From the IMG/VR virus record IMGVR_UViG_3300020042_001007, positions 1 through 30,515 of that record: 30,515 nucleotides of DNA; one strand, given 5' to 3'. Below are positions 1 through 7,080 of the stretch, piece after piece. Positions within the stretch are counted from its first letter, which is position 1. Every line of letters starts with the position of its first letter. The position numbers and the translations under genes are program-made. The stretch comes from a virus. Taxonomy: Duplodnaviria; Caudoviricetes. The notes under the pieces were generated by a model that saw nothing but the letters and a program-made list of their open reading frames with translations, ran no database searches and had not been told where the DNA came from.

Positions 1-304
1 GGCAAAGGGATTGAAAGATGTTGCGGCTGAACGCATGGCTACCTATGTGCTTCCAAGCAAACAGATGGTCTATATGCTTTGCTGATGCCACTATGTTGCG
101 TGATAGGCAACCTTGGCATAGTGGTTGTTTGCTTATCTGTACTGCCCTAATGCTTTTCCATAATGGCGTTTGGTATGCGCTATCTGTTTCGCGCCTAGCC
201 ATGTTGTCGATGCCACCATGTTCTAAACAGTAGGTGTTCAACTTACTTCTAGGGTTCTTACACCCTAATGATGAACACTTACCGTTAGTGGGTACTGATG
301 GCAT
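1..304 (-). CDS. HNH endonuclease, HK97 gp74-like (truncated at window edge; not in ORF track)
   Basis: My translation from ATG 304 (TAATG overlap with upstream stop): MPSVPTNGKCSSLGCKNPRSKLNTYCLEHGG...PLCQGCLSRNIVASAKHIDHLFAWK...NIFQSLC. Has CxxC, DH and QSLC motifs of terminase-associated HNH proteins. Confidence 0.85.
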   Translation of the reverse strand, partial: MPSVPTNGKCSSLGCKNPRSKLNTYCLEHGGIDNMARRETDSAYQTPLWKSIRAVQISKQPLCQGCLSRNIVASAKHIDHLFAWKHIGSHAFSRNIFQSLC

Positions 305-702
305 TAGGCTAGGAATCGTAGTTTGTATAGCGTACTGTTAATCAGGTTAGCAATGGTATCTACTTCGTTCTGTAGTTCGCTATCCTGTGGGAATCCTGAT
401 GCGCGGCGCAGGGTCGCTACTTCTTCTTTAAGGTAGGTTAGGTAGGTTACGGGGTTATTGTCGGGCAATTGGTAATCCGATTGGTACTTGGTCAATAGCC
501 CGTACTTACCTTGGAACGCTTCTACGAATCCATCTACTAGGTCGCTTACTTCATCGTAATACGCACCCAATGCCATGTGCTGAGAGTAACTCAGGCTTTG
601 GAAATGTAGGATGTGGGCGTTGGTTACGCTATGCAATAGGCACATAACAAACTGCATTACGGGGTCGCTTTGGGCGGCTTCTGCGCGGAATTTAACCATC
701 AT
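304..702 (-). CDS. Ferritin/Dps-like helical protein (DUF5856-like)
   Basis: HILHFQSLSYSQHMALGAYYDEVSDLVDGFVEAFQG resembles the Dps H..H..D..E pattern; C-terminal LINSTLYKLRFL. Confidence 0.7.
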   Translation of the reverse strand: MMVKFRAEAAQSDPVMQFVMCLLHSVTNAHILHFQSLSYSQHMALGAYYDEVSDLVDGFVEAFQGKYGLLTKYQSDYQLPDNNPVTYLTYLKEEVATLRRASGFPQDSELQNEVDTIANLINSTLYKLRFLA

Positions 703-1025
703 AGTCCTTCGGGTAGTGGTACATCATTAGGCCATAAGCCATATTCTTGCAATTTTCGCACCGTTTTCAAATGTGCGGCAAGCCAAATCTTTTGCCGTTC
801 TGCTTTATCCAATTTGCCGCCTTGGTCTATTTCCATGTGGCATGAATAGCACAAACTGCTAATTAGGTTGTCATCAGCGCGGATGCCGCGGCCCTTGCCC
901 CCTTGCCAATTAGTGTGGGCGGCTACTACCGTTCCATCGTCTGCGCCGCAATGTTGGCATGGGATTTCGCGGGCATTGCGTAATAAATCTGAACTACGGA
1001 TGTATTGGTGTTTCGGAAATCGCAT
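699..1025 (-). CDS. DUF1364/YbcO-like Zn-binding putative nuclease
   Basis: PCQHCG...VVAAHTN...GKGRGIRADD...LCYSCHMEID motif. Confidence 0.7.
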   Translation of the reverse strand: MRFPKHQYIRSSDLLRNAREIPCQHCGADDGTVVAAHTNWQGGKGRGIRADDNLISSLCYSCHMEIDQGGKLDKAERQKIWLAAHLKTVRKLQEYGLWPNDVPLPEGL

Positions 1026-1485
1026 TTTTATTCAGTAGATAAGTCCAAATTGTGCCGCCAACTACTTTGGCTAAAAACTGCATTATCACTATTTCGGGCA
1101 TTAAAGCACCAAAGGCAATAGTTGGAAATGCAATTGAATCAACTGCCGCACCCGCAATGTTAGATGTATTTGAACGCTTAAACCATGTTCCCTTAACTTT
1201 GGTAAAAACTGCCCAATCAACTAATGCCGCCAATGCAAATGCTGATGCTGATGCAATAGCAATCATTCCCGCAGATGGGTTTAGGGCGTAGGTTAGCAAT
1301 CCTGTACCCGCAATTAAACCGCCCATTTGCCAAAACTTTAGGCGTACATGAAGCCAATCACGCAAAGCCAAATCAAAGCCAATAAACACAAATGCAATGA
1401 TTGGGCTAACTGATGGGCCAAATTCTGCAACCAGTAGGTTTGCCAAAATCATTGCAACCGAATAAGCAATTAAAGCAAAAAACAT
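994..1485 (-). CDS. VUT-family (YhhQ-like) preQ0/preQ1 transporter
   Basis: Multi-pass hydrophobic protein with ANLLV, F..RD.LH, ASA.AF..A.LVD..VF, S..AGAAVDSI.F..IAFG and Q.LAK motifs typical of VUT proteins. Confidence 0.8.
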   Translation of the reverse strand: MFFALIAYSVAMILANLLVAEFGPSVSPIIAFVFIGFDLALRDWLHVRLKFWQMGGLIAGTGLLTYALNPSAGMIAIASASAFALAALVDWAVFTKVKGTWFKRSNTSNIAGAAVDSIAFPTIAFGALMPEIVIMQFLAKVVGGTIWTYLLNKNAISETPIHP

Positions 1486-1724
1486 TATTTTCTTTCCGTT
1501 TGAATAATTACACCATGATGATTAGCCACTAATGTTTGTTCACCGCCAAACATTATAAATAATTCATCTGCTATATTTTCGTGATAATCAGAATCAAATT
1601 TATTAACTGCTTCTATTATTTCTTCAACATAGATTTGTGCAATTTGTTTGATTTCTAATTCATAGGTTATTTTTATATTGTTTGTTGGGCATTTAACAAT
1701 AAATCTTGTCTTGTATATGTTCAC
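1485..1724 (-). CDS. Small QueF-like (QueF-L) T-fold protein, 79 aa
   Basis: Likely GTG start at 1724 (GTGA overlap with upstream stop). F..KCP (Cys12), VEE, YHE (Glu49) and a terminal HHGV strand follow QueF/QueF-L motif order; lies between TGT-like and VUT genes. Confidence 0.6.
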   Translation of the reverse strand: MNIYKTRFIVKCPTNNIKITYELEIKQIAQIYVEEIIEAVNKFDSDYHENIADELFIMFGGEQTLVANHHGVIIQTERK

Positions 1725-2461
1725 AATAAAGTACCTTGTTCCATTGGTTGATAAAAATTCCATTGCGATGGCGCGTTATGGGCTTCTATGCGCGACCTCA
1801 TAACTTGCGCCCTTGCTTCTTTAGTTGGCGGCAAATAATTGCCATGCTTCCATTTACTGTCAATTCCAATGCCCCGTGCAATGCTTGTGCTATCAGCGGA
1901 TGCAAATGGTAATTTAGTAAAAACCGCGGGGTTTAGCATCCTTAATCCATGCAGTTTACAAGCAGGGCGACCCATATCATCGCAAATAACCCGCATTGCT
2001 AAACCTATTTTTGTCCACCATTGCGGTGTTCCAACGCTTGAATATTCGCCTGAACTACCAATACAAACTCGCACATAAGTATTAGCCAATTGTTCAAACC
2101 GTTCTAATGATTCGTGCATATGCCAAACGGGTGCGCCATACCATTTAGGCAATGGGCAATCACGCAAAAGCGCATCGTTATCGGCTTCGTTGCCATCAAT
2201 AACATCAGGAATAACCGCAAAATCGCACGATGGTACGCGTTTTAAATCTAACGCCCAATCGTAAAAGGGTTGCCAATTTGTAATTGGTTCGCCTGATTTC
2301 CAAGCAGAAAACGCCCCGTTATCAATGGCAAAAGATTGGCATACTTCAATTGCAACGCCTAATTGGTCTTTATGTGCAAATGAAACAAACCCATGACCCG
2401 CGTTTAATGCTTGTATTGCTACCGTTGCGGGGGTGATTGGTAAACCGTGATAATGAATCAT
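1721..2461 (-). CDS. TGT/DpdA-like guanine transglycosylase
   Basis: IDNGAFSAW (cf. DSGGF/DSGAF), IPDVIDG, PVWH, CIGSSG, LHGLRM and SADSTS motifs in TGT-barrel order. Confidence 0.75.
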   Translation of the reverse strand: MIHYHGLPITPATVAIQALNAGHGFVSFAHKDQLGVAIEVCQSFAIDNGAFSAWKSGEPITNWQPFYDWALDLKRVPSCDFAVIPDVIDGNEADNDALLRDCPLPKWYGAPVWHMHESLERFEQLANTYVRVCIGSSGEYSSVGTPQWWTKIGLAMRVICDDMGRPACKLHGLRMLNPAVFTKLPFASADSTSIARGIGIDSKWKHGNYLPPTKEARAQVMRSRIEAHNAPSQWNFYQPMEQGTLL

Positions 2462-2916
2462 TCTATTTCAACAACTAAGTTGCCGTTTGATTTTATGTAA
2501 TTTCTTGTTTTTTGCACATAGCGTTCAAATTCTGCGCGGGTTATGCTTCCCTGTTGCAAATCGGCATATTCCAGTAATTCCCGAATTGCCTGTATGCCAA
2601 CGCCATCTAACCCCATTTTTAGGGTTGTTTGGTAGCGTATAGCGGCTTTGTGTAGGCTTTCTTGGGCTTTCTCGCATACGGGTAACACTTCAGGGCCAAC
2701 CCCGTTCTTAGCCATCATTTCCGCTAGGTTCATAACATCTACCAAGGTTCGCCAATCCTGTACCGTGCCATTACCCTTGGTAATTGATTCTAAAGCGGCG
2801 TATTCGGTTAGCCTTAACTTGTCTAGCAAATGTCTAGGTGTATAACTAGCCCCAACAATGCCATGCGCGATTGGGTCTAACAATGCCCAAAACTTTCGTT
2901 TAGTGCGTTTACGCAT
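2458..2916 (-). CDS. Hypothetical phage protein
   Basis: 152-aa ORF overlapping both neighbours in the operon. Confidence 0.7.
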   Translation of the reverse strand: MRKRTKRKFWALLDPIAHGIVGASYTPRHLLDKLRLTEYAALESITKGNGTVQDWRTLVDVMNLAEMMAKNGVGPEVLPVCEKAQESLHKAAIRYQTTLKMGLDGVGIQAIRELLEYADLQQGSITRAEFERYVQKTRNYIKSNGNLVVEIE

Positions 2917-3091
2917 TTTTACTGTTTTGTCTTAAATATTTGCCTGTAATGCGCTTGTTCCAACATGATTGGCAAATCCATTTATGCCCCATGTCTATGC
3001 CGCCTTCGGGCGGTTTGTCGATTTCGCATTTGGTGCAAAGTTTAAACTTGTGATTGGCAAACCGTGCGCCAATGTCTATTTGCGGCATCAT
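2909..3091 (-). CDS. Small Zn-finger protein
   Basis: CTKC...CQSC; start overlaps upstream stop. Confidence 0.65.
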   Translation of the reverse strand: MMPQIDIGARFANHKFKLCTKCEIDKPPEGGIDMGHKWICQSCWNKRITGKYLRQNSKNA

Positions 3092-3333
3092 GGTTCTAAA
3101 GCCCTGTCTTTTTCTTCTGCAAGATGTTGCCGCAATTTGTTAACGCCAACCATTTCTAGGTCGGCAAATTGTTCATCAGTTAAAACGCCCATGATGCTAA
3201 TGCCCTCATAGGTTACATCTTCAATGTTTTCAAAATATGCGCCATGTTCATCCCGTTCGTATGACATTTTGCAAGTGACGGTTTCACCGCCCGCGCCTGT
3301 TGTTGCGTTAAAGGTAAATTCATAGTCACTCAT
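3088..3333 (-). CDS. Hypothetical acidic protein
   Basis: 81-aa ORF coupled to downstream gene. Confidence 0.65.
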   Translation of the reverse strand: MSDYEFTFNATTGAGGETVTCKMSYERDEHGAYFENIEDVTYEGISIMGVLTDEQFADLEMVGVNKLRQHLAEEKDRALEP

Positions 3334-3421
3334 ACGGGTGCATCCTCAAAGTTATCGGGGTTAAAACGGGGGCTTTACGCCCTTTGTCTTTTGGGTTTGG
3401 AAACGGGAGAAAGGGCCACAT
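3326..3421 (-). CDS. Small Pro-rich ORF ([13 protein letters not shown]...), possibly frameshifted
   Basis: ATG 3421 follows AGAAAG and a strong promoter; 31 aa as read. An alternative frame ends [13 protein letters not shown] with an ATGA overlap onto the next gene. Confidence 0.45.
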   Translation of the reverse strand: MWPFLPFPNPKDKGRKAPVLTPITLRMHPYE

Positions 3422-3462
3422 TGTTTGCTTTCTAAAAGACCGTGATGTAACGGCATAGTTAA

Positions 3463-3491
3463 ATTATAAGATTACTAATATGGTTTTTCAA
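3463..3491 (-). promoter_or_regulatory. Sigma70-type promoter
   Basis: TTGAAA (3491-3486), 17-nt spacer, TATAAT (3468-3463), in an intergenic gap. Confidence 0.8.
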
Positions 3492-3499
3492 CAAATTGT

Positions 3500-3832
3500 T
3501 TATTCCGTTGCTTTTATGCCATTGCGTTCGTTAGCCGATTCGGTTCGCCATATTTCCCCTTTAATTGTCGCCGCGGTCAATTTCCACTTTAACGATTCTT
3601 CTTCTTCGATTGCTTCTGCTAAACCTTTTAACAAAACTTGGTAATCAGGGTGCGCGTAGGCTTCGCGTTCTTGTGCCGCCGCGCTTTCGTAACCCGCTTC
3701 CATTGCTACTTTCATCAGCAACGCTTTTTTGGTTTTACGGAATTCTTCAAGGTAAATGCGTTCGGCTTTAGCCTTGGCATACTTTGGCGCGTTTTCTAAA
3801 ATAAAATCTACTGTTTTGTAAGGCGGGTTCAT
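3500..3832 (-). CDS. Hypothetical helical phage protein
   Basis: 110-aa coiled-coil-like ORF adjoining the VRR-NUC gene. Confidence 0.7.
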   Translation of the reverse strand: MNPPYKTVDFILENAPKYAKAKAERIYLEEFRKTKKALLMKVAMEAGYESAAAQEREAYAHPDYQVLLKGLAEAIEEEESLKWKLTAATIKGEIWRTESANERNGIKATE

Positions 3833-4095
3833 TTAATAACTCCAATCATTCGTAGTGCGGCTTCAGGGCTATCAACGCGGCAGACGGTACTACCTGACCA
3901 ATTCTCAAAAAAGTCGGCTTGTAGCCCCGTTAAACGCGCTTTATGGGTGCTTTTTATTTCCATCAAAAAAGTGTGATTGCCATATCCAACCAAAAGGTCA
4001 ACGGGTAGCCCAATAATCCAAACATAAGCACCCGCGGCGCGTAGTGCGCTAACAATCTGTTCTTGGTTGGCATCAACCCTTGCGGCGTATCGCAT
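3829..4095 (-). CDS. VRR-NUC / PD-(D/E)xK nuclease
   Basis: RVDANQ..IV.ALR..GA.V....PVDLLVG.....LMEIK......LT..Q..F motif. Confidence 0.8.
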   Translation of the reverse strand: MRYAARVDANQEQIVSALRAAGAYVWIIGLPVDLLVGYGNHTFLMEIKSTHKARLTGLQADFFENWSGSTVCRVDSPEAALRMIGVIK

Positions 4096-4285
4096 TTAAA
4101 TCCTTTTGTTCATTCATTCTGCGCTTTAAATCATCGGCAACCTTTTGCCCCCGTTTGGCGGCAATTTCTTTAATGGTTTTAGCCCACCATTCGATTGCTT
4201 CGCCTTTACCTTCTTCCATTTGTTTTTTACGAAAACGGGCGACCCATTCGCGAGCCTCCGAATCCTTAAAGTGTTCCATGTCCAT
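4073..4285 (-). CDS. Hypothetical protein
   Basis: ORF MDMEHFKDSEAREW...KRG...LKRRMN; start uncertain (4285 or 4279). Confidence 0.6.
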   Translation of the reverse strand: MDMEHFKDSEAREWVARFRKKQMEEGKGEAIEWWAKTIKEIAAKRGQKVADDLKRRMNEQKDLNAIRRKG

Positions 4286-4388
4286 CAATGTCGCCAGTTA
4301 GTTCCAAGGCTTTACGGATTACCCATTGCGGGTAACTAACCCCATCCCGCACCTTGTCCAATATTCGCATCGCCATTTCGTGTGTCAT
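4266..4388 (-). CDS. Small hypothetical protein, 40 aa (not in ORF track)
   Basis: MTHEMAMRILDKVRDGVSYPQWVIRKALELTGDIDGHGTL*; ATGA overlap with upstream stop at 4385; fills the operon gap. Confidence 0.6.
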   Translation of the reverse strand: MTHEMAMRILDKVRDGVSYPQWVIRKALELTGDIDGHGTL

Positions 4389-4975
4389 TTGTACCCCAAT
4401 GCTTGCGTGATTTGCGTATGCAGTTCAAGCGGCTTTTTTGGGTTTCCCCCTGCAATCAATCTAGGTTTAGGCAAAGGCAACCCTTTTTTCTTAAACATTT
4501 CATCGGGCGACCTATCACCCATCAAAGCGGGTACATGGCTTGTTTGCCCATCGTGCGCTTTGTAAAGTTCACAAAATCGATGTTGTAAATAACTTAATTC
4601 TTTTGTTTCGATGCGGCAAACCTTTGCCCAACCGCCCATATCCCGAATACTTGCATGGGTTGCGCTATCGCCAAAATCAACATCGGTATAAGCCCCGACC
4701 GAACTCATAGCGTCATAAACCCGCCCCCATTCACGCAAAGAACGGTCAGTTTTAGTGCCGCCCAAGATACGCACAATATCGGCAATCTTTGGCGCAAAAT
4801 GCCCTTTGTCGGGGTCGGTAGCATGATTGCTTAATGCTTGTACTACTTGTTCAAACTCAAAGGATTGGCAACCGTTCCACCAAACATTTAATGTAAATTC
4901 GCTTACATCCTGTTTCCAGTAACCAAGGGCATCGCCAACTAATTTGTAAAAATTGGCTTTCTGATTTGCGTTCAT
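4385..4975 (-). CDS. Replication-associated protein (helicase loader-like, DUF6475-like)
   Basis: Directly follows the initiator; VWW...F.FEQV..AL..H..DP..G.FAPK.ADI motif, then D......IR.MGGW..VC....EL.Y...RF...Y. Confidence 0.6.
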   Translation of the reverse strand: MNANQKANFYKLVGDALGYWKQDVSEFTLNVWWNGCQSFEFEQVVQALSNHATDPDKGHFAPKIADIVRILGGTKTDRSLREWGRVYDAMSSVGAYTDVDFGDSATHASIRDMGGWAKVCRIETKELSYLQHRFCELYKAHDGQTSHVPALMGDRSPDEMFKKKGLPLPKPRLIAGGNPKKPLELHTQITQALGYK

Positions 4976-5700
4976 ACAAAACCTTCTTTCTTCAATAGTT
5001 TTTCAACAACGGCGCGGTTAGATGCTTCCAATGATTCTTGTTTGTTAAGTTTGGGTTTTATGCCATCAGGCGGCAATGCCTTGGCTAACCATTCCAAAGG
5101 TTGTAGCGGTTTTGCTCTTAAACAATCGCGCAGGGTGTTTACCAAAGTTTCATCGCCATGCGCTTTTCTTAGGCTACCAAGAAACGACCGTGCGCTTTTG
5201 TCGGTAGCACCCGCATTGGTCAACAATGGAACACCGTAACCAAAAATAATTTCATCAGGCGTTAGCGGCGGTTTAACGCCCGTATCTTTAGATACGGAAC
5301 TTAGTTCTTGGTTTATAGTTTCTAGTTCATAGTTTATAGTTGCCTTAGCGATGGGTTGCGAGTCGCTACCCAATGGGTTAGCAGTTGGGTTCTTTTTCCT
5401 ACCGCCTAGTTTCCCATTAGTCCTATTTTTTTCTGCCATCGCATGATATTGCTGAATAACATCTTGGCATCGCGCATGAAAATACCCATCTTCATGTTTA
5501 ACAAACATATCATCTAATACGGCTTGAACCGTTTGGGTATCCATCCGTAACCGCTTGGCAACCCATTGGGTATCCAAGGGTATTTTGTTTTCCATGTCGT
5601 AGTACATATCAAGCAAACGCCGATATGCTAAATCTTCATCATTTGTTAAATGACCTGTAGCCGACCGATAGTCGGAAATATTAAATTGATAGTAGTGCAT
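4972..5700 (-). CDS. Replication initiator-like protein (DUF1376/YdaU family)
   Basis: MHYYQFNISDYRSATGHLTNDEDLAYRRLLDMYY N-terminus; NGKLGGRKK linker carrying iteron-like repeats. Confidence 0.85.
   Translation of the reverse strand: MHYYQFNISDYRSATGHLTNDEDLAYRRLLDMYYDMENKIPLDTQWVAKRLRMDTQTVQAVLDDMFVKHEDGYFHARCQDVIQQYHAMAEKNRTNGKLGGRKKNPTANPLGSDSQPIAKATINYELETINQELSSVSKDTGVKPPLTPDEIIFGYGVPLLTNAGATDKSARSFLGSLRKAHGDETLVNTLRDCLRAKPLQPLEWLAKALPPDGIKPKLNKQESLEASNRAVVEKLLKKEGFV
5300..5391. repeat. Putative replication origin: six tandem 7-mers plus TGGGTT/ACCCA iterons
   Basis: cttagtt cttggtt tatagtt tctagtt catagtt tatagtt (5300-5341), then three TGGGTT copies including near-palindromic TACCCAATGGGTT; a related AACCCATTGGGTA near 5560. 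Confidence 0.55.
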
Positions 5701-5703
5701 CAC

Positions 5704-5794
5704 CACGCCCCAAACATACCCCCAAAAGAAACTGCGGCAGGAGGGGGGTGTTCTCTTTTCGATTGGGTAGCAACTCCCAACCTAGCCGTGTTTC
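5704..5794 (-). ncRNA. Candidate structured 5' leader RNA of the initiator gene
   Basis: GAAAC-A-CGGC-T-AGG...CCT-GCCG-CA-GTTTC stem with an inner TTGGG/CCCAA hairpin; unpaired CACCCCCC is complementary to downstream GGGGGT and GGGGCGTG. Confidence 0.5.
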
Positions 5795-5799
5795 AAAAA

Positions 5800-5808
5800 A
5801 TTGTATCA
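5800..5808 (-). promoter_or_regulatory. Extended -10 promoter candidate
   Basis: TGaTACAAT five nt upstream of the structured leader. Confidence 0.45.
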
Positions 5809-6003
5809 AAGAACCATCATCGTTTGCAAATCTTTGCGTTCCTGATGGGTCATAAAATAATAATAACCTTGTGTGTAATCTTTGTGCAAGTGGTAGCAAA
5901 TCAGTTGGTACAAAGAATCTTGCATCGATTGATTCGCATAAGCAAATGCTAGGTGTTCCAACATCAAAGATTTGTGATGTAGGTATTTTTCTATTTTTGT
6001 CAT
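5806..6003 (-). CDS. Hypothetical protein
   Basis: 65-aa ORF abutting the upstream stop codon. Confidence 0.55.
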   Translation of the reverse strand: MTKIEKYLHHKSLMLEHLAFAYANQSMQDSLYQLICYHLHKDYTQGYYYFMTHQERKDLQTMMVL

Positions 6004-6309
6004 TTATGCCGCCTGTAAATTTATTGATGCAATAGCCGAACCCCTGCGAAAGTTGCATTTACGACATACGGGTACAACTTCTAACGGTTTGTTGTAATCA
6101 CGATGGTCATAACATTGTGCTTGGCTACCGCAATCAACGCAAACTAGCGTTTTAACGGGCGCAAGAATACCATTTTTTACCGCCTTGTTTACCGCGCTTA
6201 TAGCCGCCAACCCGCCAGTTCTTTCTGCGGAATGTGTAGAACATGGCAAACAAGTTCGCGCCAAATGATGCCTATCTACAATTTCACCGTTACAAAAATT
6301 GCAATTCAT
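6004..6309 (-). CDS. Cys-rich Zn-finger/HNH-like protein
   Basis: CNFC...CLPC and CVDCG....YDHRDYNKPLEVVPVCRKCN motifs. Confidence 0.65.
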   Translation of the reverse strand: MNCNFCNGEIVDRHHLARTCLPCSTHSAERTGGLAAISAVNKAVKNGILAPVKTLVCVDCGSQAQCYDHRDYNKPLEVVPVCRKCNFRRGSAIASINLQAA

Positions 6310-6488
6310 TTGCGTAATCCCTTTAAAAAGATTTTAGGATGCGCCAACTTAACGGATGCGGGTATTCCCCTATACATCCAATTGTGTACCCGTTGGGCAG
6401 ATTGAAAACCAAGGCGTTTAGATAGGATTGTTGCCCCTCCCAACTTAGCAATCAAGGCTTTATCGTCATCTATTTGTGTTTTGTTCAT
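6306..6488 (-). CDS. Cro-like HTH regulator
   Basis: LIAKLGGATILSKRLGFQSAQRVHNWMYRGIP; first gene of the divergent replication operon. Confidence 0.75.
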   Translation of the reverse strand: MNKTQIDDDKALIAKLGGATILSKRLGFQSAQRVHNWMYRGIPASVKLAHPKIFLKGLRK

Positions 6489-6494
6489 AGTTGC

Positions 6495-6523
6495 ATCTTA
6501 GCAACAAAATTAAATTATTTAAA
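6495..6523 (-). promoter_or_regulatory. Leftward promoter, extended -10, likely giving leaderless mRNA
   Basis: TTTAAA-17-TAAGAT with a TGn extension; the Cro-like ATG is 6 nt after the -10 with no SD. Confidence 0.55.
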
Positions 6524-6552
6524 CAAATTGTGAAAATATTTTAAACATGGCG

Positions 6553-6579
6553 TTGAAAAGCCTAATTTGCGATTAGAAT
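6553..6579 (+). promoter_or_regulatory. Rightward early promoter candidate
   Basis: TTGAAA (6553-6558) and TAGAAT (6574-6579); spacer only 15 nt, so the -35 is uncertain. Confidence 0.45.
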
Positions 6580-6622
6580 TTGTCATGCCCCGAACTTCTT
6601 GGGGACTACTAGGAGAAAAAGT

Positions 6623-6820
6623 ATGCGTGTAACTCACTTAAACAAAGGCGGCTATGGGATGGCTTCCAAAACTGCTTGCGGTCGCAACATCTTGCGTACC
6701 CCAATTTCTGTTAACTGGTCTGAATTCAAAACCGAACCTACTGAATACCGTTGCGTTAAATGCGTAACAAGCAAGCAGTTTGAATTTAACACCCGTCAAG
6801 ATTCCAAAAAAGCAATTTAA
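6623..6820 (+). CDS. Hypothetical Cys-containing early protein
   Basis: AGGAG SD before ATG 6623; H...TACGR...CVKC. Confidence 0.7.
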   Translation: MRVTHLNKGGYGMASKTACGRNILRTPISVNWSEFKTEPTEYRCVKCVTSKQFEFNTRQDSKKAI

Positions 6821-6861
6821 CTTATGCCCCGCTTCAGGGGTCTTTTAGAAAGTAAACCATG
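6814..6861 (+). repeat. Leader-hairpin-RBS cassette repeated at 3419-3465 (minus strand)
   Basis: AATTTAACTTATGCCCCGCTTCAGGGGTCTTTTAGAAAGTAAACCATG versus AATTTAACTATGCCGTTACATCACGGTCTTTTAGAAAGCAAACAATG. Confidence 0.8.
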
Positions 6862-7080
6862 ACACAAATTTTTAAAGCAGATTGCTACTTTCAACAAGAG
6901 CAATACAACCCCCGCATCCGCGCTACTGTACCGCCCGCTTGGGTTATTGAATTTGATTGCGCTTTGCCCAATACAAATGTGCCGCCTGTTTTTTTTGGCA
7001 TTACGCGTAAAGAAGCAATCCAAAACGCAATTGATTGCTTGAAGTCCCGCGGTTTTACTGGTCGCTTAATTCTTAACTAA
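6859..7080 (+). CDS. Hypothetical early protein
   Basis: 73-aa ORF following AGAAAG. Confidence 0.65.
   Translation: MTQIFKADCYFQQEQYNPRIRATVPPAWVIEFDCALPNTNVPPVFFGITRKEAIQNAIDCLKSRGFTGRLILN

Noticed and set aside
18-233. Plus-strand 71-aa ORF
   Set aside because: Antisense to the clearly recognisable minus-strand HNH gene.
5300-5341. CRISPR-like array
   Set aside because: Units are 7 nt with no spacers and lie inside a coding region.
5650-6058. ORFs 5650-5952 (+) and 5681-6058 (-)
   Set aside because: They overlap better-supported coupled genes and the structured leader, and have no motifs.
6585-6632. 15-codon ORF MPRTSWGLLGEKVCV at the putative early TSS
   Set aside because: The matching ATGCC copies do not preserve a peptide, so the conserved feature appears to be the hairpin.
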